26,672 nt of DNA from an uncultured Nitratifractor sp. (lineage in GTDB: Bacteria; Campylobacterota; Campylobacteria; Campylobacterales; Sulfurovaceae). This document shows positions 7,997 to 15,648 of this stretch, one piece after another. Within the stretch, counting starts at the first letter, position 1; every line of letters begins with the position of its first letter. Location of the stretch: NCBI GenBank assembly GCA_964433295.1, contig CAYSQV010000002.1, positions 1 through 26,672 of the forward strand, in the 5' to 3' direction. The notes under the pieces are model-generated. The model was not told the origin of the DNA, ran no database searches, and saw only the letters and a list, made by a program, of their open reading frames with translations. A program made the translations under genes and the position numbers.

Positions 7997-8317
7997 TCAG
8001 TCGAGGAGAGCCTTGAGCTTCTCTTCGAAAACACCCTTGCCGGCAGCTCCGATCATCTGATCGGCCAGCTCACCGTCTTTGAACCAGAGCATGGTGGGGA
8101 TGGAGCGGATACCGAATTTGATCGCGATCTCCTGCTCTTCGTCGGTGTTGACTTTTGCGATGGTCGCTTTGCCTTCATACTCTTCGGCAAGCTCTTCGAC
8201 AACCGGTGCGATCATACGACACGGTGCACACCACGGTGCCCAGAAGTCGACCATGGTCACGCCCTCGGCGATGGTAGCATCAAAGTTCTCGTTGGTCAAT
8301 TCAACATATTTGGCCAT
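7997..8317 (-). CDS. trxA: Thioredoxin (WCAPC active site)
   Basis: 106 aa, DFWAPWCAPCRMIAP and cis-Pro motif IRSIPT. SD AAGGA, with TATAAT at 8359-8364. Confidence 0.97.
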   Translation of the reverse strand: MAKYVELTNENFDATIAEGVTMVDFWAPWCAPCRMIAPVVEELAEEYEGKATIAKVNTDEEQEIAIKFGIRSIPTMLWFKDGELADQMIGAAGKGVFEEKLKALLD

Positions 8318-8452
8318 TGTGTCTTTCCTTTTTTTGGGAATGGGATTTAAGAAAAGCGATTATACAATCATTTCTCTGAGGGTTTATAGCATATCGGAGT
8401 AAATTTGTCAACATTTTTGTTTTCTGCTCTCAAAATCCCCTAATAATGGAGA

Positions 8453-8797
8453 TTATAACGTCACATTCTCAATCAATTCCACCTCGCCTCGCCGCACCAG
8501 CAACGCGTCGATACTGAACGCCACATCCAGGCCGTGCGTTTTGAGATAGTAGTGGGTGGAGTGGATCACTTTGCGGAGTTTGGCCGGGGTGAGGTTGTAC
8601 ACCGGATCAAAATCCCGTTCGGCACTCTTGACCTCAATAAAGTGCCATACACCGTGCCGATGGGCGATGATATCGATCTCGCCAAGTTTGCGGGCATAGT
8701 AGTTGCGCTCAACAATAACAAAACCGGCTTCCTGCAAAAAATGCGTCGCCAGCTCTTCGGCGTCGTTGCCGAACTGTTTGAGGAGGTTGCGTTGCAC
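8453..8797 (-). CDS. yraN: YraN family putative endonuclease (UPF0102)
   Basis: G..AE..A, ERNYY, GEIDII and FIEVK PD-(D/E)xK motifs. The start is probably GTG 8797 with SD AAGGA 7 nt upstream, not the 8884 start in the ORF track. Confidence 0.9.
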   Translation of the reverse strand: MQRNLLKQFGNDAEELATHFLQEAGFVIVERNYYARKLGEIDIIAHRHGVWHFIEVKSAERDFDPVYNLTPAKLRKVIHSTHYYLKTHGLDVAFSIDALLVRRGEVELIENVTL

Positions 8798-8817
8798 AGA
8801 TGGATCCTTTTGTTTGT

Positions 8818-8868
8818 CGTCATTCCGGATGTGATACGGAATCCCCTGCTGTTGCGGGGGTGATGACA
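8818..8868. repeat. REP-like inverted dimer (CGTC-tagged palindrome type) in the yraN leader
   Basis: cGTCATTCCG-gatgtgata-CGGAATcc followed by CCCCTGC-tgtt-GCGGGGG-tgATGAC. Two hairpins closed by GTCAT/ATGAC, resembling the GTCATTCCGG…CCGGAATCC class of palindromic repeats. Confidence 0.65.
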
Positions 8869-8916
8869 GCAGTATAGCAGACACAAAAGCGCAAGAGGGG
8901 GAAATATGTCAAATTG

Positions 8917-9495
8917 TCATATTTTTATATTCGCAAGGATCTGGGCACGGATCTCGTTGGCACTGTGCGGGGCTTCACGATCGAGTTCTCCGATCAGATC
9001 GGCACGGATATAGACCGTCAGGCTGGCCAATGCCTGGGCGATTGTATCGGCATCAGCAAGGCTGACATGGTGATCATCCCCCACACGTTCATGAAAGACT
9101 TCCAGAAAATGCTGATACTCCTCCAGCACCGCCGGGGAGGCAACGATCGCCAACCGATGGGTATGAAAACGCAATCGGGTCAGATCCTCGCGGGTGATGT
9201 CCTGACGAAGCACCATCGCCTCCAGCGCATCGATCAGCCGCTGGTAGGTCTCGGTCTTGAGCTCAATGAATTTGACGTTTTGTTCTTTGTCGAGCTCTAC
9301 GGCCGTCTGTTTGTTCAGCAGCAGCGCGGTGATCAGGATCGTCGCCAGCGTACCCAGTACCACGAGAATGATCTCCTGGGTAAAAGGCATCCGATCGCTC
9401 ATGTGATACGCCAGGCGCAAAAAGAAATACCCTCCCACAAAGACAATCGCACTCATGACAAGCGTAAAAACGCTGTTTTGCATCCATTTTTTCAT
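8917..9495 (-). CDS. Hypothetical membrane protein (two N-terminal TM helices plus a soluble helical domain)
   Basis: 192 aa, SD AAGGA 7 nt before the ATG, co-oriented with neighbours and filling the gap. No family recognised. Confidence 0.8.
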   Translation of the reverse strand: MKKWMQNSVFTLVMSAIVFVGGYFFLRLAYHMSDRMPFTQEIILVVLGTLATILITALLLNKQTAVELDKEQNVKFIELKTETYQRLIDALEAMVLRQDITREDLTRLRFHTHRLAIVASPAVLEEYQHFLEVFHERVGDDHHVSLADADTIAQALASLTVYIRADLIGELDREAPHSANEIRAQILANIKI

Positions 9496-9523
9496 CGGGT
9501 ATCCTTGGGAGAGAGTAGGGCCT

Positions 9524-9542
9524 GCCCGAACCGTATTCGGGC
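9524..9542. other. Intergenic 7-bp perfect hairpin between yfdX and the hypothetical gene
   Basis: GCCCGAA-ccgta-TTCGGGC, preceded by GTAGGG on the plus strand. No U-tract. Confidence 0.4.
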
Positions 9543-9556
9543 GCGGCGGTTATTGA

Positions 9557-10444
9557 TTATTGCTTGGGCGAGAAGACTTTGGCTTTGAAATCGGCCAGCT
9601 TATCTTTGAGCGAATCGAAGAGTTTTTCGGCTTTGTTTTTGCCCTTGATCTCTTTTTTTGTTGCTTCGATTTTATCCTGAAGCACCTTGTAGGTTACTTC
9701 GCTTTTGCTGACATAGCCCAGTTCTTTGGCGACTTTAAGGCTTTCGCTTGCCGCATCCAGATAGAGGATCGCCTTTGCTTTGTCCCGGGAGGCGATATCG
9801 GACGCCGCGGCAATCAGATCGGTTGCCTTGAGCAGCGGAATGGGTACAATCACGGTCGTCTCATCAAAGGTATTCAAGGCGATTGTCAAGAGCTCCTGAG
9901 CCATGGCAGTCTTGTCGCTGTGGATGTACTTGGACGCGAGCTTGAGCGCATCGGGATACGATACCAGAGGCAGGCTGACCGTCGTAATGTCGATCTCACT
10001 GGTCAATGGCATCAACGCTTTTCGGGCCAACTGGACTTTGCCGTTCTCGAGCAGTTCTTTGGCGATTTTCACCGTCGCTTTGATCCCATCGCTCGTTCCG
10101 ATAAACTCATTGACCGCGACAAAACTCTTGATCGGGAGCACTTTGGGGGCCTCATTGGAGGCGAGAATAACCTCGAGTTTTCCCAGGGCTTTTTCAATCG
10201 CTTTGAGGGCACCCTCTTTGTCCTTTTTTTCCAGTGCGATCAGGGCTTCGTGTGCTGATTTGAGCGAATCGATCGCCTCCTGGACCAATTGGGTTTTCTG
10301 CTGAGCCGCCTCCCCTTTGGCATGGCTGACGGCTGCGGTACTTATCTGTTTGGCCGTAGCATCGGCAGGGGTTGAATCCAACGCGAAAAGGGCCGGAGAG
10401 AGTAACAGCGATGCTGTCAGACCCGACAAGATAATTTTCTTCAT
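9557..10444 (-). CDS. yfdX: YfdX family exported protein
   Basis: Start ATG 10444 (SD AAAGGAG). Sec signal MKKIILSGLTASLLLSPALFA, Ala/Lys/Leu-rich helical body with GKLEVILA and SLPLVSYPDALKLA segments typical of YfdX. Confidence 0.75.
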   Translation of the reverse strand: MKKIILSGLTASLLLSPALFALDSTPADATAKQISTAAVSHAKGEAAQQKTQLVQEAIDSLKSAHEALIALEKKDKEGALKAIEKALGKLEVILASNEAPKVLPIKSFVAVNEFIGTSDGIKATVKIAKELLENGKVQLARKALMPLTSEIDITTVSLPLVSYPDALKLASKYIHSDKTAMAQELLTIALNTFDETTVIVPIPLLKATDLIAAASDIASRDKAKAILYLDAASESLKVAKELGYVSKSEVTYKVLQDKIEATKKEIKGKNKAEKLFDSLKDKLADFKAKVFSPKQ

Positions 10445-10468
10445 TTTTGACTCCTTTATCATAAATAT

Positions 10469-10491
10469 AGTTTAGTGAATATGACTAAACT
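10469..10491. promoter_or_regulatory. Perfect inverted repeat AGTTTAGT-N7-ACTAAACT, HAIR (HspR operator)-like
   Basis: 8-bp arms with a 7-nt spacer, 25 nt upstream of the yfdX start. Same geometry as HAIR (CTTGAGT-N7-ACTCAAG), matching 5/7 per half-site. Confidence 0.6.
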
Positions 10492-10521
10492 TAAAAGGAA
10501 TCATACCGCCGAATCGCTAAC

Positions 10522-10543
10522 AAAAAATGCTACTTCGGTAGCA
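10522..10543 (-). terminator. Intrinsic terminator after the fdh-like gene
   Basis: TGCTAC-CGAA-GTAGCA stem followed by TTTTTT on the minus strand, 10 nt after the stop. Confidence 0.85.
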
Positions 10544-10552
10544 AAAAAATCA

Positions 10553-12649
10553 TTAACTGCACGCCACCCCGTCACCGGCAGGGATCACCTCCACCTCCAC
10601 CGATTTGAATCGGGCGGTGAGCACCACCTCATCGGCCTCATCCCCAAAAAGCGCATTGATCCGACTGCGGGCATGGTGAAAGGTCACAAACAGCGTGCGG
10701 GGGCGAACCTTGTCGGTGTAGTGAACGGTGAGGGCTTCGCTCTCACCGTATGAACTGCGCAAGATCACCCGATCACCGTATTTGCCTTCGTCTTCGGCAG
10801 GCATCAGCAGCACATCTTCGTCGTATTTGGTATCGAGTTTGGTGCTGCGTCGGGTCTGGGCGGCGTTGTTGTAATGGGCCAGTGTCCGGCCGGTGGTGAG
10901 ATAATACCCCCCTCTCCGATCGGCATAAAAGGTACCCGCAAGAATCGCATCAACCATGCCCCGCCGCTGCCATGGACGATAGTGAAATCGCCCCAATCCG
11001 TCTTTGGTGCGAAAATCGAGCAGGTGCAGCACCGGAGTATCCTCATGATAGATCGGCCACTGCATCCCCCGTTTTCGGTGACGTTCCAGTCGATAATAGT
11101 CGGCTCCGCTGAAACGTCGGGGGGCTGCGCGGCGCACTTCGTTCCAGACATCCTCACTCGTCTCAAAAGCAAAATTCTCCCCGTCCCCCAGCCGATGTGC
11201 CAGCGCGGTGAGGACCTCCCAATCATCCGGCAGGTCACTCTCTACCAGCGGCTGAGACAGATGCAGCCGACGCATGGCATTGATATAAACTCCGGTCTTC
11301 TCATATGCCGATTTGACCCCGATAACAATGTCTGCATGGTGCGTGATCTCTGTTGCGAACAACTCCAGTACCATCAGAAAATCGAGTCCGCCCAATGCCC
11401 TGGATATTTTGTTCTGATTGGGATGGATATGGGCGATATCTTCGCCCATGTTGAGCAGGGCACGTATTCCGCCCGTTTCCATCGCATCGATCATCTGCGG
11501 CGTCATCATCCCGACGGTCTCCGGCGTCTGATAGTCGGGCAGGTAGTAGGGCAGACATCCCATGTCACAGGCTCCCTGGACGTTGTTCTGTCCCCGCAGC
11601 GGCATGAGACCCGCCCCCGTCCGGCCGATGTTGCCCGTCAGCAACGCCAGGTGGGTCGCCGCCATCACCGCTGCCGTCCCGTCGGTGTGCTCGGTCAACC
11701 CCAGTCCCCAGAAGATCATCGATCGGCGAATGGCGTACTCCCGAGCGATATTGGGGATCTGCTTGGCCAGATATTCGTACCCCTCCACCTGCTCGAAAAA
11801 ACGCGGATCGGCGTACGGGTCGCCCAGGATGCTCTCCCGGTACGCCTCAAACCCCGTCGTGCGGTTGGCGACGAAACTTTTGTCGTAGAGCTCCTCATCA
11901 AGTATAACATAGGCCATCATGTTGAGGATCAGCAGGTTGGACTCAAAAGGGATAATGCAGTTGTGCCTGGCCAGACGGGCCAGCTTGGTCTGACGTACAT
12001 CGATGACGGCAAGATTGTTCTCTTTTTTGGCCATGTCGACGATGCGGTTGGCAATGATAGGGTGAGCTTCCATGGTATTGGAGCCGATGACGACCATAAA
12101 TTCGGTCTCGTAGATGTCGTTGTAGGGGTTAGTCGCCGCCCCTTCTCCTATGGTGGCACGCATTCCGGCCAGGCTGGGAGAATGGCACACCCGCGCACAG
12201 TTGTCGACGTGGGGCGACCCCATCGTCTGGCGGGTAAACTTCTGAAACGCATAGGCCGACTCACTGCTGGTCCGCGCCCCGCCGATGGCGGCGAAAGTTT
12301 CGCCGCCGTGCTCGGTGCGAATCGCTTCCAGCTTGAACGCGGCGATATCCATCGCCGTCTCAAAATCGCTCGTCAGATAGCGCGCATCAAACGGCCGCAA
12401 ACGCTCCCCGAAACGCTCGGCGATCTGCGGATTGCGGGCGATGAAATCCCTGGCAATGCGCGGCTGGCGGATCCGGTCGGGCGCGGTGATAAAGTCATAC
12501 CCGTACTTCCCTTTGATGCAGAGCTTCCCCTGCGAAACCACCCCGTCGTTCTGGGCATAGACCTTGACGATGCGATTGTCTTCCACCACACCGGTGATGT
12601 CGCACCCTACCCCGCAGTAGGTACAGACGCTCTCAATCTCGGTTTTCAT
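10553..12649 (-). CDS. Molybdopterin oxidoreductase, formate dehydrogenase alpha-subunit type (FdhF-like, Cys form, no Tat signal)
   Basis: N-terminal 4Fe-4S motif CTYCGVGC…LCIKG, active site CARVCH (Cys where E. coli FdhF has Sec), LRGQNNVQG, and C-terminal LTTGRTLAHYN. Confidence 0.9.
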   Translation of the reverse strand: MKTEIESVCTYCGVGCDITGVVEDNRIVKVYAQNDGVVSQGKLCIKGKYGYDFITAPDRIRQPRIARDFIARNPQIAERFGERLRPFDARYLTSDFETAMDIAAFKLEAIRTEHGGETFAAIGGARTSSESAYAFQKFTRQTMGSPHVDNCARVCHSPSLAGMRATIGEGAATNPYNDIYETEFMVVIGSNTMEAHPIIANRIVDMAKKENNLAVIDVRQTKLARLARHNCIIPFESNLLILNMMAYVILDEELYDKSFVANRTTGFEAYRESILGDPYADPRFFEQVEGYEYLAKQIPNIAREYAIRRSMIFWGLGLTEHTDGTAAVMAATHLALLTGNIGRTGAGLMPLRGQNNVQGACDMGCLPYYLPDYQTPETVGMMTPQMIDAMETGGIRALLNMGEDIAHIHPNQNKISRALGGLDFLMVLELFATEITHHADIVIGVKSAYEKTGVYINAMRRLHLSQPLVESDLPDDWEVLTALAHRLGDGENFAFETSEDVWNEVRRAAPRRFSGADYYRLERHRKRGMQWPIYHEDTPVLHLLDFRTKDGLGRFHYRPWQRRGMVDAILAGTFYADRRGGYYLTTGRTLAHYNNAAQTRRSTKLDTKYDEDVLLMPAEDEGKYGDRVILRSSYGESEALTVHYTDKVRPRTLFVTFHHARSRINALFGDEADEVVLTARFKSVEVEVIPAGDGVACS

Positions 12650-13149
12650 TATTTAAAATTCCCAAAAACCAAAGGGGCCTTCAGCTCTTCCAGGCCTTTG
12701 ACCAGCGCGATCACCGCCTGAAGGTCGTCGATCTTTTTGCCGCTGACGCGGATCTCGTCTCCCTGGATGGAGGGGGTGACTTTGAGCTTGGCGTCTTTGA
12801 TCGCTTTGACGATCTTTTTGGCCTCATCACGATCGATCGTATCGACGATCCGGTAGATCACTTTGGTGTTGCCGCCGCTGACCCCTTCGGTCTTGACCTC
12901 ATCAAGCGATTTGGCCGAAAGACCCCGCTTGATCATTTTGCTCAGCACAATATCTTTGAGCGCGTCGATCTTGCTGTCGCTCGAACTGCTCAAACTCAAT
13001 GTTTTGGCCTTTTCGTTCAAATCGATCTCCACCATGATCCCTTTGAAATCAAAGCGGGTCGATGCCTCTTTTTTCACCTGCTCGATGGCGTTTTTCATCT
13101 CCATCATGTCGAGCTTGGCACTGATATCGAAATAGTGCTCTTTTGCCAT
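12649..13149 (-). CDS. yajQ: YajQ family nucleotide/c-di-GMP-binding protein
   Basis: FDISAKLD, RFDFKG, SIQGDEIRVSGKKIDDLQAVI, F.NF motifs. Its stop overlaps the fdh start (TAATG). Confidence 0.95.
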   Translation of the reverse strand: MAKEHYFDISAKLDMMEMKNAIEQVKKEASTRFDFKGIMVEIDLNEKAKTLSLSSSSDSKIDALKDIVLSKMIKRGLSAKSLDEVKTEGVSGGNTKVIYRIVDTIDRDEAKKIVKAIKDAKLKVTPSIQGDEIRVSGKKIDDLQAVIALVKGLEELKAPLVFGNFK

Positions 13150-13158
13150 TGTCTCCTC

Positions 13159-14421
13159 CTATGCTTCGATGCGCAGCATCTGGACGCCGCCATGCACAAC
13201 GTCCAGCGCCTCAAGTTCTCCAATAGAGTGTTTGATATCCTCTTCGAGGCATTCGTGCGTCGTAAAGAGCAATCGTACATGCCCCTCGATGCGGGAAGGT
13301 TTCTGCAGCATGGATGCGATGGAGATACCGGCCTGACTGAGTGTGGAGGTGACCGCCGCCAAAACTCCGGGGCGATCGACCACTTTGAGTTTGAGATAGT
13401 ACTGGGTACGGATCGCTTCGGCAGGCAACAGTTTCAAGCCGCTCTCCAACCCCTTCTTGTATCCGAGCATCGGTCCGGTATTGCCCCGCACGATCTCGAT
13501 AATATCGGCGATCACCGCGCTTGCCGTTGCATCGCCGCCGGCACCGGCACCGTAGAACATCGTCTCGCCGACCCGATCGCCTACGACCGAGACTGCGTTC
13601 ATCACGCCGTCCACTCTGGCGATCATCGCCGCACGCGAAACCAGCGCAGGATGTACCCGAAGTTCCACCCCGTTCCCATTTCGTCTGGCGATCCCAAGAA
13701 GCTTGATGGCATAATCAAACTCTTTGGCAAATTCCACATCGGTCGGGGTGATGTTTTCAATCCCCTCAATGAGAATGTCCTCCGGTTTGGCATCAATCCC
13801 GTAAGCAATGGAGGCCAAAATCAGCAGCTTGTGCGCCGCATCGAATCCGCCCACATCAAACGTCGGATCCGCCTCGGCGTATCCCAGCGTCTGTGCCTCC
13901 TGCAACACCGCATCGTATGGCTCATTCTCCGAGATCATTTTGGTAAGCATAAAATTGCATGTACCGTTCAAAATCCCCTGAATGCTCTCGATGTGGTTGG
14001 CTGCCAGACCATTACGCAAGGCACCGATGATAGGAATTCCCCCGGCGACACTCGCTTCATACATCAGGGGGGTCGATCCGGCATGTTCCTGCAGTTCATA
14101 GCGATGATACGCCAGAAGGGCCTTGTTGGCCGTGACAACCGGTTTGCCGTTTTTGAGTGCCCTTTGGACCCAGATATACGGTTCTTCCACCCCCCCCATC
14201 AACTCGACGACGATGTCAATATCGGGATTGTCCACGACATCCGCCGGGTCGTCACTGAGCATCAGCGAAACATCTCTCTGGGCATCGAGATGACGCACCA
14301 CCCCCAGATCTGCAACGATCTTCTTCCCTGCGCGCGCTTCAATAATATCGGCATTTTCTTCCAGAATTTTCGCTACCGAACTCCCGACAGTGCCGACACC
14401 AAGGATACCGATTCTAACCAT
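13159..14421 (-). CDS. hom: Homoserine dehydrogenase with C-terminal ACT domain
   Basis: GVGTVG, VVTANKA, YEASVAGGIP, GILNGTCN, GYAEADP and GAGAGGDATAS motifs; ACT domain DRPGVLA. Confidence 0.97.
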   Translation of the reverse strand: MVRIGILGVGTVGSSVAKILEENADIIEARAGKKIVADLGVVRHLDAQRDVSLMLSDDPADVVDNPDIDIVVELMGGVEEPYIWVQRALKNGKPVVTANKALLAYHRYELQEHAGSTPLMYEASVAGGIPIIGALRNGLAANHIESIQGILNGTCNFMLTKMISENEPYDAVLQEAQTLGYAEADPTFDVGGFDAAHKLLILASIAYGIDAKPEDILIEGIENITPTDVEFAKEFDYAIKLLGIARRNGNGVELRVHPALVSRAAMIARVDGVMNAVSVVGDRVGETMFYGAGAGGDATASAVIADIIEIVRGNTGPMLGYKKGLESGLKLLPAEAIRTQYYLKLKVVDRPGVLAAVTSTLSQAGISIASMLQKPSRIEGHVRLLFTTHECLEEDIKHSIGELEALDVVHGGVQMLRIEA

Positions 14422-15646
14422 CTTTTCTCTCCTTTTTCAGGGCCAACAGGTATCGCTTGATATTCTTGGCCGCCTGGCGGATCCGTTTTTCATTCTCAAT
14501 CAGAGCGATCCGGACATACTCATCACCGTATTTTCCAAAACCGATCCCCGGGCTCACCGCGACCTGCGCTTTGAGCAGCAACTCTTTGGAAAACTCCAAT
14601 GAGCCCATTTCACGGGCACACTCTGGGATCTTCGCCCAGATAAACATGCTGGCACGCGGTCGCCCAAGATCCCAGCCGGCCTTGCCGAACGCCTCGATCA
14701 TTACGTTGCGACGATGGAGATACTTGGGGATCACTTTCTCTTCGACAAGATGCTCATACTCATCAAGCGCCACGGTGGCTGAGACCTGAATCGGGGTAAA
14801 CATCCCGTAATCCAGCCATGATTTGATCTTTTGAAGGGCGCCGACAAGCTTGGGATTTCCGACGATGAAGCCGACCCGCCATCCGGCCATATTGTAGCTT
14901 TTGGAAAGTGTAAAACTTTCCACTGCTACCTCTTTGGCCCCTTCGACTTGCAGGATCGAGGGAGTTTCATATCCGTCAAACGTGATATCGGCATACGCAA
15001 TGTCGCTGATAATATAAAACCGTTCCCGACGGGCGATCTCCACCAGCCGACGGTAAAAATCCAGTGTTACCGTCGCGGTGGTGGGATTGTGGGGGAAATT
15101 GACCACCAGGTACTTCGGCTTGGGAACTGCGTTTCTCAGCGCATATTCCAGGTCGGCGATAAACTGGTCCTCATCCACTTCGAACGACCGCTCATCAAAC
15201 GTCAGTTTCATCTTCTCGACATTGCCGCCGGCGAGGATAAACGCATAGGAGTGGATCGGATAGGTCGGATCGGGCACAATCGCCGTATCGCCGGGATTGG
15301 TGATCGCCTGCACAAGGTGGACATACCCCTCTTTGCTCCCCATGGTCGCCACCGCTTCGGTCTCGGGGTCGAGCACGACATTGTATTTGCGCAAATACCA
15401 TTTGGTGATCGCCAGACGGAGCTTGTAGATCCCTTTGGAGGCGCTGTAGCCGTGGACATGGGGTTTGCGGGCGGTCTCAACCAGCTTGTCCACGATCGGT
15501 TCCAGCGCCGGACCGTCGGGATTGCCCATCGAGAAATCGATCACATCGGCTCCGGCTCTGCGCTCGGCCATCTTGAGCTCATTGACCACCGCAAAGACAT
15601 ATTTTGGGAGGCGATTTATCTTGTCAAACTGTATTTCGTCAAACAT
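14414..15646 (-). CDS. PLP-dependent class I aminotransferase (AlaC/LL-DAP aminotransferase-like)
   Basis: RLPKYVF, DFSMGNPD, NFPHNPT, DIAYAD, and SKSYNMAGWRVG PLP lysine. Likely start is MFDEIQF at 15646. Substrate cannot be fixed from sequence. Confidence 0.88.
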   Translation of the reverse strand: MFDEIQFDKINRLPKYVFAVVNELKMAERRAGADVIDFSMGNPDGPALEPIVDKLVETARKPHVHGYSASKGIYKLRLAITKWYLRKYNVVLDPETEAVATMGSKEGYVHLVQAITNPGDTAIVPDPTYPIHSYAFILAGGNVEKMKLTFDERSFEVDEDQFIADLEYALRNAVPKPKYLVVNFPHNPTTATVTLDFYRRLVEIARRERFYIISDIAYADITFDGYETPSILQVEGAKEVAVESFTLSKSYNMAGWRVGFIVGNPKLVGALQKIKSWLDYGMFTPIQVSATVALDEYEHLVEEKVIPKYLHRRNVMIEAFGKAGWDLGRPRASMFIWAKIPECAREMGSLEFSKELLLKAQVAVSPGIGFGKYGDEYVRIALIENEKRIRQAAKNIKRYLLALKKERKDG

Positions 15647-15648
15647 TA

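Noticed and set aside
10553-12649. Selenocysteine recoding or nitrate reductase (Nas/NarB) identity for the molybdoenzyme
   Set aside because: The frame is uninterrupted with Cys at the Sec position, and CARVCH plus RGQNNVQG are FDH-type rather than the nitrate-reductase pattern.
10874-12721. 615-aa plus-strand ORF, and similar long antisense ORFs (1371-2417, 4654-6030, 6926-7933, 13135-14460, 16904-17719, 23894-24790, 24923-25909)
   Set aside because: All are antisense shadows of confidently identified minus-strand genes, with no recognisable motifs or ribosome-binding sites. They are expected from codon bias in GC-rich coding DNA.
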